A stretch of 58,684 bases of DNA from Octopus bimaculoides (lineage: Eukaryota). Position numbers and translations under genes: made by a program. The stretch's first letter is position 1; each line of letters opens with the position of its first letter. Where the stretch lies: NCBI RefSeq assembly GCF_001194135.2, contig NC_068981.1, positions 4,627,781-4,686,464 on the forward strand, written 5' to 3'. Below, in pieces: positions 36,701-49,103 of this stretch. The notes beneath the pieces were generated by a model, which had not been told where the DNA came from, ran no database searches, and saw only the letters and a program-made list of their open reading frames with translations.

Positions 36701-37993
36701 ACTTATTATTTTTATGTTTTTAAGCCTGATTCTTATTCTATCGGTGCCTTTTGCTGAACAACTAAGTTATAAGGATGTAAACACACCAACATCGGTTGTC
36801 AAGCAGTGGGGGTAGAGAACAAACACAGCACTAGGACATTCACTCACACACATACACACATGATGGGTTTCTTCCAGTTTCCATCTACCAAATCCATTCA
36901 CAAGGCTTTGGTCGGCCCAAGGCTATTGTAGAAGACACTTGCCCAAGGTGCCACGCAGTAGGACTGAACCTGGAACCTTGTAGTTGGGAAGCAAGCATCT
37001 TACCACACAGCCATACCTGCACCTATATGAACTAATTTTATGGAATTCCATGTTATATTACCTCTTATTACAAGACAGATTTTATTGAATTCTTGGAAAA
37101 TTCTTATTCAATTCACTAAAATTTTATCCAAATATATTTTTATATCCTTAATAGAGAAATAGAATCAGAGATTTCTAAATAAAACATGTTTTTGAGAAAA
37201 TGTATTCCTCAAAACAAATTTATTGCCATAAAAGGGATAAAAAAATTTTACATATTACGTTTCTAAGTATTAGGGATCCTTACACTGAGAAATGCACCCC
37301 GCAAAAAAGAGAAACGTATGAATTTTTTTGTGTCCTCTTATCTTCACCCATTATCATTAGTTCTATGATATAACCTTCCTGTTTTCAAGTAACCTAAATG
37401 GAAACCTTCCATCAAAACTTTGTGCTAATTTATGTTCCACACAATAGCTTGATAATGACAAAGTTATTTTACTAAATTTGTCGTTATTTTCAAAATTAAT
37501 TGAAACTGTAACGCGAATTCTGCTTAAATTTGAACCATCTCGTTCAGATTCCGAGTTTAGAAGTACTGCCTAATTACATTTCTATAAAAGGCTGGACCAG
37601 TTCCGAGAACTTGAAGATGGCATCATAAAAGGCATATTCGCTCACATGAACATTTCTTGACCAATCGTTATCGACCGGTGTATGACCAGTAAGGCAGCAG
37701 ACTTTAAAGAAAAGATGTGTAAATTGTATTTTCAAAGTTCCCAGAAGTTTTGCTTAATATTATAAAATACTGGACAACTAAGCTCCAAGAAAGAGTTACA
37801 TCAAGTGCTTCACAGAACTCTGTCGCTTGGTTCCATAAAAGGTTGCTTTCACTTCTTTTTATTTTGTCCAACATGCTTTGTATATCATATTGACAAAAGG
37901 TAATCAATGTTGTGCTGTAATACCGACACATGCACACACACACACACACACACATGCGCTCACACACACAGACACACACACATGCATACATAC

Positions 37994-38390
37994 ATGTTAC
38001 TCTACCCAGATTACAAGTTCAGGTTTGTACCTGTAATTATTGGAGCACTGGGATATGTAACATACTGCCTAAGCACCAATCTTAAAGAAATAGGCTTCTC
38101 AAAACCAGAAAGGAGAAAGCTGATTCAAAAACTATTGATCTAAGCCATCATTGCAACAATAAAAATCTGTATGTGAGCATGTCTAGACATGCAACTATAT
38201 ACATGAGCATACATAAAACAAAACATATAAATGCACATATACATTGACTCCAAATACTGCACATACACACTCATACATGCAAAAAATACCTTGTTGTTGA
38301 TGTTGAAATTCCAATGAAGGAGCCTTGGATCTAGGTTAGAAACCGGTTCTTTCTCCATTGGCAAGAAATCTTGAAATAAAACTGAAGAAT
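37994..38390 (+). pseudogene. 3' end of an RLE-type non-LTR retrotransposon (second family)
   Basis: LLYPDYKFRFVPVIIGALGYVTYCLSTNL...; 3' UTR ending ggcaagaaatcttgaaataaaactgaa, shared with 42826-43252. Confidence 0.75.
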
Positions 38391-39529
38391 GACATACATA
38401 TGTTAAAAGCACATCCGAGTGTGACCGTTGCCAGGGCCACAGATTGGCTCCTGTGCCAGTGACACGTGAAAGTATCATTTGAGCCTGATCGTTGCCAGCT
38501 TTGCCTTTCTGGCACATGTGCCAGTGGCACGTAAAAAACAACATTTAAGCGTGGTCGTTGCCAGTGCCGCCAGACTGGCTCCCATGCAGGTAGCACGTAA
38601 AAACACCTTTTCAGTGTGGTTGTTGCCAGAACCGCATGACTGGCACATAAAAAGCATCCACTACACTCTCGGAGTGGTTGGCGTTAGGAAGGGCATCCAG
38701 CTGTAGAAACTTTGCCAGATCAAATTGAGCCTGGTGCAGACTCTGGCTCTCCAGACCTAAGTCAAACAGTCCAACCCATGCCAGCATGGAAAGCGGATGT
38801 TAAACGACGACGATGATGATGATGATACACATCTACAGATATGCAAACATCTTTCCATATAATTACCTGTCTTATTCTGTTTACAATAACAACATGCAAT
38901 TATCATATTACGGGGTTAGCTAAAACGTTATTTCTCTCTTCTGCCGTATAAATGTTTCAATATGACAAGCACGATAACACTTATGTTTTCCAATACAATT
39001 AATAAATAAATACGTATGTAAAATACAACTATTCGAAAATGACAAATACATGAAAAAACAAAACAATTAATTGTTGAGTATTTCATGTTTAAGACCGCAG
39101 CTTCTTATCGCTACCTCTCACTTCTACCTAATTGCTTGGAGCAAACTAGAAAAAAAAAAGAAAAGAAAAAGAAAGAAAGAAAGAAAGAAAAGAAAGGCAG
39201 ATTATTTTGTCGTGATGGTGTCATTTGTGAATGAAAATATCTTTTTAGCTCTGCAAGTAAGAAATTATTAACAACATTCCTGAACAATTAACAGACACCT
39301 TATTTACTGCACATAGTACTTTTTGCATTGGTCTTTTGACAAAAAGTAACAGCGACAATTAGACACCGGGAGAGACATACTTCTGGGATCTATGCCAATA
39401 TAATTGGGATGTATTAATCTGTCGTTGGTCCATCACGACTGGAAAACAATAGTGCTATGTTCATGGTGACAAAATCTGCCAACGGTTGGTGAATAAAATG
39501 AGAATGGAGATGCTAGAAAGGCTGCCTCA

Positions 39530-39646
39530 TTGTTCTGCAGTTGCCACCAAAAGCGACCTTTTTATAAGGCTCATTAGAAAGTTCTAGAAAGTTGAATCAC
39601 AGGATTGCTTGACACTGATTGGCGGATTAATTGGCTGATCACGTGA
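39530..39646 (-). promoter_or_regulatory. Candidate heat-shock-type Pol II promoter
   Basis: On the minus strand in order: CACGTG (39640-39645), CCAAT (39630-39634), CCAAT (39618-39622), HSE aGAAa-gTTCt-aGAAa (39576-39590), TATAAAAA (39566-39559). Lies in non-repetitive sequence. Confidence 0.6.
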
Positions 39647-41447
39647 AACGACAGTGGTTTAGCTGTGATGTTTACTTGGCTATTCAGTGATTCAGTTTTG
39701 AATCTGCTACAGTTTCAACAGAAATATGGTAATACATGGGTTAATTGAAAAGACGCAAAAGAGTCTTCAATCAAATAATTCATCTTTCTGTTTTGGTATT
39801 GGATAAATTCAAAAAGCTCCAAAACCATTTTAATTTTATCAGACACGGCAATTTTTCGGCTCCCTATTTAATTTCACTGCTTCCCTCTTAGTGGAAACTG
39901 TCATCTGTTTACAAATTTCTGGTGAAATAATTGCTTTTAATTTAGACACAAGGCCAACCATTTTGATACTATCAGCCCCAGTGCTTAAATGGTCTTTTAT
40001 TTTATCAACCCATGGCTTAGTGGTTATGGTAGTTGGCTCATGATCGTAAGGTCATGAGTTTGATTCCTAGGCAACACATTGTGTCCTTCAGCAACATACT
40101 TTATTTCATGTTGCTCCAGTTTACTCAGCCGACAAAACTGAGTGGTACCTGTAGTTCAAAGGTAGCCATGGCACATTCTGTGTCTCGCTGAATCTCCCTG
40201 AGAACTTCATTAAGAGTACAGGTGTCTGTGGAGTGCTCAGCCACTTGCACATTAGTTTCATGAGCAGGTTGTTCCATTGATCGGATCAACAGGAATTCTC
40301 GTCATCGTAATTGACGGAGTTCCACTTTTCTTTCATTCATTCTTTCTTTCTTTCTTTCTTTAAAAATTTTATCAACCCCAAAAGGATAAATGACAAAATT
40401 AATTGTGGCGGGATATGAACTCTGAAAGAAGAGAGCAGAGAGAAATACCACTGATAATTTTCTCAACATTCTAACGATTTTGCTAATCCTCCATCCTTGG
40501 TTTTCTGGGTTTGAATGGAATGGTAATTGCGTTGAAAGGTGGGTTGTTTGGAGAAATTTTTATTGATTAAATTTGGGCTTATGTTATTGATTAGAATCTA
40601 TTCATATATATATATTGAGTCAAGTACATCAAAATCAAAATCAAATGGAAATTGTAGTTGTGATCCCCGTGCCAGTGGTGCGTAAAAGGTACCATCCGAA
40701 CATGGCCAATGCCAGAGCTGCCTTGACTGGCTTCCGTGCTGGTGGAACATAAAAAGCACCAACTGATCGGGGTCGTTGCCAGCCTCCTCTGGCCCCTGTG
40801 CCGATGGCACGTAAAAACCACCTACTACGCTCTCGAAGTGGTTGGCATTAGGAAGGGCATCCAGCTGTAGAAACACTGTCAGATCAGACTGGAGCCTGGT
40901 ACAGCCTCCTGGCTTTCTGGACCCCAGTCGAACCATCCAACCCATGCCAGCATGGAAAAACGGACGTTAAACGATGATGACAATGATGATGATGATATAT
41001 ATAGAACTTTGTAAGCCGGTGTGCTTATTTAGGTGTGTCCCTCTTGACAGGTAGGTATAGGATAGGTCATTAGTTTTAGTTGTTCCTGGTTTTAGTGGAT
41101 TTAGTCATTTGCTTTGACAATGTAAAGCTCAAAGATATAAGATATTATTAGCCATAGATGCATGTAGAACCTTAGAACTTTCATAGTGGGGGCATGTAAT
41201 CTCTAACCCAAAACTGATGACTGAGTTTCACAGTGATGATGTTGATTTGTTGGTTTCCTTATCAATTACATTAATTGAATAATGAGGTCAGATCAAATGA
41301 CAGTACCCCATACCTACCCTGTAGCCACAAAAATTTGACACATTTGGAGAACACCTCAATCCTTCACAACTCCCTGCGAATATAATGATTGTCTAACGTT
41401 ATTTTAATTTAGTGTTTCCAGCCCCCCTACCCCCACGATTTTTAATC

Positions 41448-41949
41448 CCACGAGAGTTCCGGAACCCAGCAATGAACTCATTTGCATACAGCCAACCAGA
41501 GCTCACCTTGACCTGGTTGTCATGTTAAAACCAAGTAAATTCAAGATGAAGAATAGTGTTGTAAGTTGACCGATGGCCAAGTTATGCCTGATTTTAGAAG
41601 GAGACAAGTAATTAGATTTACATCTATACCTGTTATCAGATTTTATTAGGGTCCCGTATGGTAAAGATGTGGATGGGAAAAATATGGGTAGAGGGTGATG
41701 TGCAAGTAACCACTTCCTTTACTGTTTTACAAAGTAAACAACAACACAGAGGCAAAGGTAGCCATGGTTGGAACAAGAACAAGAACAACAAGCATTCTTA
41801 AAAGAGAAAAGAAGCAATGGTCATTCCTTATCCAAGTGATCTTACCTTATCACCCATCACTTGTTATTCGCTCATAAATTAGTTTGATAGTTGAGCTCTG
41901 ATTGGCTGTATGCAAATGAGTTCATACCTGGGGTCCGGAACTCTCGTGG
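41448..41949. mobile_element. Unclassified inverted-repeat element carrying octamer and CCAAT motifs
   Basis: 58-bp arms (41448-41505, 41892-41949) with 4 mismatches. Both contain ATTTGCAT; CCAAT is intact in one arm. No TSD found. Confidence 0.65.
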
Positions 41950-42825
41950 AGGAAAAAAATTTCACATCTGGGGCTACTATGGAAGACAATTGCCCAAGGT
42001 GTCATCAGATTAACTTGAACCCAAAACCCTGTGGTTACAAAGCGAGTTTCTAATTCCTGAAGATCCGCAGTTTAAGCGTTTCCTCTCCAAATTAGCAAGA
42101 ATGCTTTAAAGAACTTATCGATTCATTTTCAGGTGAAGGTTTCGTTTCTTTGTTACAGTAATTAAGTAACGATAAGAAAGTCTATTTCTGTCTGAGGCAC
42201 ACGTCATTATCGATTAGTTTCCAATGTGCTAGAATTTTCTTAATTTAGTCAAAAATTAAAATAAATTAACAAGAGTTTATTATTTATTTGTTTTGTTTAC
42301 TGGGGGGAGGAGTGTGAGGAAATAGTCAGAAGACTTAGAGAGTCTTTCAAGCTGTGTGGGGTAAAGTAGTGATGAGAGAGACANNNNNNNNNNNNNNNNN
42401 NNNNNNNNNNNNNNNNNNNNNNNNNNNNNNNNNNNNNNNNNNNNNNNNNNNNNNNNNNNNNNNNNNNNNNNNNNNNNNNNNNNNNNNNNNNNNNNNNNNN
42501 NNNNNNNNNNNNNNNNNNNNNNNNNNNNNNNNNNNNNNNNNNNNNNNNNNNNNNNNNNNNNNNNNNNNNNNNNNGAGAGAGAGAGAAAGAGAGAGAGAAT
42601 GTGTGTATGAAGTTTGTGTTTGGGTTTTTCTGTTATATTTTCTTGAATTTGTTTCAGTCACTTGACTGCGGCCATGCTGGGGCACCACCTTGAAGGGTTT
42701 TAGTTGAGCAAATCAACTCCAGTATGTCATTTAGTCATTTCCTTGTTTCACTCATTTGATTGTGACCATGCTGGAGTACCACCTTTAAGTCGAACAAATC
42801 GACCCCAGGATTTATAAGAACCTAC

Positions 42826-43500
42826 GCTGAACTATTGAGAAATCTGCAGTTACTCGATCCAGATTACAAGTTCAGGTTTATACCTGTAATTATTTGGGCC
42901 CTGGGATATGTAACACACTGCCTAAATACCAATCTTGAGAAATTAACCTTCTCAAAACCAGAAAGGAGAAAGCTTATTCAAAGACTACAGATCCAATCCA
43001 TCACTGGAACTGTAAAAATCTATAAAACTTTCCAGAAGTTTCTCATTTAAGTATATATGAGCATGTCTAGATATGTAAGTATATGCATGAGAATACATAC
43101 ATAAAAGAAAACATACATACATACATACATACATACATACAAACAAAAGTACCCTGTTGTTGATGTTGAAATTCAAATGAAGGAACTTTGGATCCAGGTT
43201 AGAAACCAGCTCTTTCTCCATTGGCAAGAAATCTTGAAGTAAAACTGAATAATGACATTCATAGGAAAAAGATTTGTTCTGTTGTGGAAATCAGCTGCCC
43301 TCAGGATATGAATGTGGTTAGAAAAATGCAAGAGAAAGAGGACATCTATGGACCATTGATAAGAAGTTTGCAAACCCAGGACCCAAGATACACTTTCAGC
43401 CACATGCCTAGTATTATTGGAGCAACAGGATACATAGCGACCCTGCTGGAGCAAAGTATGGTTGAACTTATGCTTTGGGGGGAGAGGATGCAAATCCTTA
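42826..43500 (+). pseudogene. Two adjacent RLE-type LINE 3' fragments
   Basis: YAELLRNLQLLDPDYKFRFIPVIIWALGYV...KTFQKFLI* plus 3' UTR (to about 43252), then VVEISCPQDMNVVRKMQEKEDIYGPLIRSLQ...PSIIGATG. Confidence 0.75.
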
Positions 43501-43875
43501 ATTCATACACTACAAATGATCACAATGTCTGGGTCTATAAAAATCTGCATCCATCCATCCATCCATACATACATACATACATACATACATACATACAGTC
43601 AGCCCCAGAACCTGGAAGTATTCCCACCTTCACAACAGGCCAGATATAGTTGTACGGGGCTGGGAGCAAAAGCTATACATTGCTGTTTAGAACAGATGCC
43701 TTCAGGGAAGAGGATGCCTCTATGAAGAGGAAGAGATGATGGGAAACATACAGCTGTTACACCCATGCTCTAGATCTTTCAATTTGTTCCTATTATTATA
43801 GTTGTACTCGGTTACCTAACTATTGATCTGCACAGAAACCGAGAAATGTTTGGCCTCTCCCCACCTTACTCCACC

Positions 43876-43910
<35 letters not shown>

Positions 43911-43924
43911 TAATAATAGCATCG

Positions 43925-44096
43925 AAAAATACCTTGGGAATGAGAACCCAGGTTCGAAATTTCCCCAAGACACCTGATGAATGCTGGAGGGTATATCAGC
44001 CGAAACGTGTTAACAACAAACAAGATGAGGACAAATATCCGTCAAATGTAAATAAGGTAAATAATTCCTCATCTCTTAAATATAGAACAATATATA
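43925..44096 (+). mobile_element. Penelope-like terminal fragment with a hammerhead remnant
   Basis: GACAC-CTGATGA-at-GCTG-gagggtatat-CAGC-c-GAAA-C-GTGTT at 43969-44011, preceded by (TAA)n. Confidence 0.65.
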
Positions 44097-44428
44097 NNNN
44101 NNNNNNNNNNNNNNNNNNNNNNNNNNNNNNNNNNNNNNNNNNNNNNNNNNNNNNNNNNNNNNNNNNNNNNNNNNNNNNNNNNNNNNNNNNNNNNNNNNNN
44201 NNNNNNNNNNNNNNNNNNNNNNGCTCTTCCGATCTGTAGTTGAACAAATTGACCCCAGGACTTATTCTTTGGGAGCCTAGTACTTATTCTATTGGTCTGT
44301 TTTGACGAACTGCTAAGTAACGGGGACATAAACACACCAACATTGGTTGTCTAGCAATGGTAGGGTGACAAACACAGACACACACAAATATATATATATA
44401 TGTGTGTGTGTGTGTATATCTATATATG

Positions 44429-44471
<43 letters not shown>

Positions 44472-44771
44472 ATATTTTTTTATTTTTTTATTTTTTTTTT
44501 TTATTTATGTGTTTCAGCCAAGTGGCTGCAGATGGAATTTTTTCAGTCTCTGTCTACCAAATCCACTCACAAGTGTCTCAGTTGGCCTGAGACACTTAAC
44601 CAAGGTGCCATTCAGTGGGACTGAATCCAGAACCATGTGGTTGGGAAGTAAGCTTCTTACCACACAGACACACTTGTGCCTACAGTTGAAATTGTAGAAA
44701 ATAAAAGATGAAGACAGATGTATGAACAGCAAACAAGTGTATTACTTTGACACTCAGGAAAAATGGAAAAG

Positions 44772-44809
44772 TCTTTTACATTTCAAACCTATGCTCTTCG
44801 ACAGAAAGG
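44772..44809 (-). ncRNA. Minimal hammerhead-like motif, variant core (degenerate)
   Basis: CCTTT / CTGTCGA / A GAGC atag GTTT / GAAA / T GTA / AAAGA. Confidence 0.4.
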
Positions 44810-44852
44810 AATAAGAGGAAATAAACAAAGAGAGAATATTGAAAAAAAAAAA

Positions 44853-45125
44853 CGTGGTTAGAGCAGCGAACTTGCGGTCAAGGGATCGTGGGTTCAAATC
44901 TCAGACCAGGCAATGTGTGTGTTTATGAGCGAAATACCTAAGATCTACGCGGCTCTGGCAGAAGGTAATGGTGAACTTCTGACTCTTTCACTCTTTCCTC
45001 CTGCATCTAATCCTAACCCTGCAACAGACTGGCATCCCATCCAGATGGGGAGCATATACGCGAATGAAACCGGGAAACTGGCCCTTATGAGCCAGGTATG
45101 GTTCAAGAAGGAACAAACAACAACA
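44853..45125 (+). mobile_element. tRNA-headed SINE with a V-SINE-like central motif
   Basis: gtggttagagcagcg...gggttcaaatctc head, ccctgcaacagactggcatcccatccag motif, (CAA)n tail. Confidence 0.55.
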
Positions 45126-45289
45126 TATATGCCTACGTCGACCGACTTCAGCAAAAGAGCTTCGTTACTTTGTTAAGTGACTGGCTTGAATTCTGCAAAG
45201 CAAAGGAACCTCAAAATAAATCCCAAGGAAACATACATTCATATACACACACGCAAATACACACATGAATACACACACATAAATACATG

Positions 45290-45775
45290 CATCATCATCA
45301 TCAGCAGCATTTAACGTCCGCTTTCCATGCTGGCATGGGTTGGACGGTTTGACTGAGGACTAGTGAGCCAGAAGGCTGCACCAGGCTCCAATCTGATCTG
45401 GCAAAGTTTTTACAGCTGGATGCCCTTCCTAATGCCAACCACTCTGAGAGTGTAGTGGGTGCTTTTACATGCCACCGGCACGAGGGTCAGTCAGGCAGTT
45501 CTGGCAACAACCATGCTCAAAAGGTGTTTTTACGTGCTACCTGCACGGGAGCCAGTCTGGCGGCACTGGCAATGACCATGCTCAAATGTTGTTTTTCACG
45601 TGTCACTGGTACATGTGCCAGTAAAGCGACGCTGGCAGCAATCACACTCGAATGTTGCTTTTCACGTGTCACCGGCACGGGAGCCAATCCGTGGCCCTGG
45701 CAACGATCATGCTCGGATGTGCTTTTAATGTTCCACTGGCCTGAGCGCCAATCAGGCGGTACTGTCATCGGCCGT
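45290..45775 (-). mobile_element. Long SINE family C copy with expanded internal repeats
   Basis: Same (CAT)n-anchored consensus as 4640-5005, with several extra internal repeat units. Confidence 0.85.
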
Positions 45776-46142
45776 CCAGTCTACTTAGCTGTAAATAAGT
45801 ACCAGTCTAGTACTGGTGCAGCCATTTCCCTCCCCCTCTCTCTCTTTCTCTTATTCCCTCTCTCCTCCAGCTGTTACATTTTGCGTATTTCACTCGGTCA
45901 ATGGTGAGGTGACCGTAATGATTCCAACGTCCACCTGTGACTACATAAGAATTTGAAGCAGTTAACGAAAGTATCGTACACGTTACCAAATTATAATCGC
46001 TCGTGAGTGACAGCCATGGTTATATTTATGGGGGTTTTATAGTGTGTGAGTGTGGGGGTTTGTGCGTGTGTCTGTGCCTCTGTGTGTGTGTGTATGTGTG
46101 TGTGTGTGTGTGCGCGCGCGTGTTTGCTTGTGTAATGTAGTT

Positions 46143-46174
<32 letters not shown>

Positions 46175-46495
46175 GAAGGTTGAAAAGGAACACACGAGTT
46201 GATATGTTTAAGGAAAATAGGACAAGGTAAAAAATGCTAAAACAATTTTATCATTAAGAACATTCTAGTAGCGGTTTCAGTCTTTGTGACTTTTTCAACT
46301 TAGAGTAAAACATGAAAGACAATTAAATTGTGGAAAAATTAAATGAAATATTAAAAAAAAATATTTCCATAGCTTTCAAATGCAAAGGACATTGTTTGTC
46401 ACTTTGTCTCTCTTTTTTACTCTTCAGTAGTCATATGGCTGGTCGTATTGCACTGTTTTGTTTAATAATCTAGCATTGTTTCACATTAATTCGCT

Positions 46496-47764
46496 ATGGA
46501 AAAGCGTCGTAGTATCATCCCAGTTACTGGATCAAAGATCGTGTTGCTTCATCAGCAAAATGTACCCTTCATGAACATTAACAAGCAAAACGGCTTGTGT
46601 TCAAGCATGGAAGCTTTACCAAACCACTGACCAATACAAAGATCGGTAAAGTACAGGCGCTCCGACAAAAAAAACAAAACCCTAAACAACTGTACAGCTG
46701 GATCGGCGAATTCATAGGCTCTCTGAAGGTAACCGAATGCTAGCAGCAGTGGACATTTGCAATCTGATAAAACTGACATAAGCTTTACACCACAAACTGT
46801 CAGAAACTGCTTAAAAGAATTTGAACTGTTCTGCTGGATCGCTAGAAGGAAGCCGATAATTTCGAGACGAACCGGTGAAGCGGATCAAGTTTGCTAAAAG
46901 CCATATTGAATGGACGGCCGAAGACTGGTCAAAAGTTCTTTGGAGAGACGAAGCCTGCTTCTGCATCTTTGGATCAGACGGAAAGACTTATGTTAGACGC
47001 CGTCCAACTGAAGAATTCTATCCTAAGTGTGTCAAGAAGGCGGCGCAAGCAGGCGGTGTGTGTGTGGGAGGGGTAATGGTGTGAACCGTATTCAGCAGCT
47101 TAGGTGTTGGTTCAGTTGATGGCAAACCGAACGGTGTAGGTTATCTGCAATTAGTAAATGAAAATATGCTGCCATATTTAAATAATCAGATGCCACCGGG
47201 ATCTATTTTCCAGTAGGACAATTGCTCCGTTCATAAGGCGAGGTAAGTTTTGAAATATTTCGAGGGCAATAATATGGTGATTTTTGAGTGGCTTCCGCAG
47301 AGACTGGATTTGAATCCGATAGAAAATTTATGGAATTATGTTTCTAATAGAGTTCATGCTAAAAAAACCAATACATTTGTCCCAATTATATAATTTTATT
47401 GAAGAAATATGGCAGAACATTCCAAGCGATTTTTGTGCTCATTTGTCGAACTCCATGTCCCGCCGTTGTAAGGCCCTAATTGAAAATAATGGCTACGGAG
47501 CTTAATTTTTTGTTCATTGCTCGTTTTGTGTCATAAATTTTCAATTTAAACAAAATAATGTTGGTACGGTCTTAAACTTATTTTGACTACAACTTTTAAT
47601 CATTTGAGTTAATTGCGCATTAAAATTATTCAAATTGTCGGAAGAAATATAACGCCTGTATCGATTCGAAAGAGCGAAAAATTCTACACAAACCGTAAAA
47701 AGTAAAATAATACAGTTTTGTTAAAAATAAATTAATGAAGGTCTTAAACTTATTTTGGTCACTG
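46496..47764 (+). mobile_element. Decayed Tc1 (DD34E) transposon: transposase pseudogene 46496-47505 plus 3' IR/DR terminus
   Basis: MEKRRSI...KIVLLHQQN, LDRRIHR, TVRNCLKEF..IARRKP, WSKVLWRDEACFCIFGSDG, FQ*DN, DLNPIENLW, with several frameshifts. ggtcttaaacttatttt occurs at about 47568 and 47740, the latter ending cactg. Confidence 0.9.
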
Positions 47765-48656
47765 AGTTTTACACATTATTTTGGTCACTTATTTTGGTCA
47801 CTGAGTTTTACACATTTACACTTTTATCGCCTTCAAAGTATTCTTCATTTGAAGCAATACATTGGTCCAGGCGCGTTTTCCACAATTCGAAGCAGTGCTG
47901 CAACTCTTGGGAAGTGATGTCTTTTAACGACTCCGTCGTTTTTTTCTTCGCCTTGTCCACATCTGCAAATTCCGTAGCACCAGCTTTAATCACCAGTGAT
48001 GACCTTCGAAAAAAGATCCGGATGAACTTCCAATTGTTCTTTCAGTTCATGACACGCATTCAGTCCTGACTGCTTTTGATCTTCCGTGAGCAAGCGAAGC
48101 ATAAATTTTGCAACAACTCTTTTCATTCGCAATTCCTCGTTCAAAATTCGTTGGCAGGAGCTCCAGGACACACCAGTCATACCAATAAGTCCGTCAATTG
48201 TTCGGTAACGGTCCTCCAAAATCAGTTCACGAATTTTCATGTTTTCATTCGTTCGGGAGGTCGACGGTCGTCTTGAACGAGACTGATCGTCAAGCGACAA
48301 GTGACCATTCCTAAAGCGTGGAAACCACCCGTAAACTTGTGTTTTGCTAATGGCAGCGCCCTTGTAAGCTGTCTGAAACATGACAACTGTTTCGGCGTCC
48401 ATTTTCCCCACCAGAAAACAGAATTTCACGGAGGTACGCTGTTCCTTCGTTTCAGCCATAGCAAAAAAATCGACGAACAGGGGAGAAGCCCTGTAAAACA
48501 AATATACACCACGTGGAAGTACGACTACAGCCGAAGCCGTCGGTTGGCAGACTGATGCTTGAGGGTCGCATCAAGTGGATTCCAGAGGCGGAAGCCCGAA
48601 CTACAACGGGCTTGTCCCACAGAGAACGTTTTCGGTTACTTTTGGGTACCCCTTCG
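47765..48656 (-). mobile_element. Internally deleted mariner transposon
   Basis: 5' TIR (TA)CGAAGGGGTACCCAAAAG. ATG at 48459: EQRTSVKFCF...QVYGWFPRFRNG...RPSTS...KVITGD*SWCYG, then a jump to the C-terminal ...QCIASNEEYFEGD. 3' TIR absent. Confidence 0.9.
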
Positions 48657-48742
48657 TATACATATATATATATAATGTAATGTAATATAATGTAATGTAA
48701 ATATAATGTAATGTTATATGTGTGTGTGTGTGTGTGTAAATA

Positions 48743-48923
48743 CAGTAATCCCTCGCTATATCGCGGTTCACCTATCACGCACTCAGTACATCGCGATTCA
48801 CCTATCGCGGACTCCTCAGTATATCGCGTGTTTCTGCGGTCGATAGGTATTTATATTTTTTTAGATATGAATTATTTCTGTGGGAGGTTTCGGAACGTAG
48901 CCACGGTAGTCGAGGGATTACTG
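48743..48923. mobile_element. Tigger/pogo-type MITE (181 bp)
   Basis: Perfect 13-bp TIRs CAGTAATCCCTCG, TA TSD on both sides, subterminal atcgcg.ttcacctatc repeats. Confidence 0.9.
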
Positions 48924-48925
48924 TA

Positions 48926-48994
<69 letters not shown>

Positions 48995-49048
48995 GTCTAT
49001 ATATATATTATATTATATTATATTATATTATATTACATTATATTATAT

Positions 49049-49103
<55 letters not shown>

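Noticed and set aside
46262-46305. Hammerhead-like AGTC-loop-GACT-GAAAC on the minus strand
   Set aside because: The core reads TTGAAAA (two mismatches), and stems I and III are imperfect.
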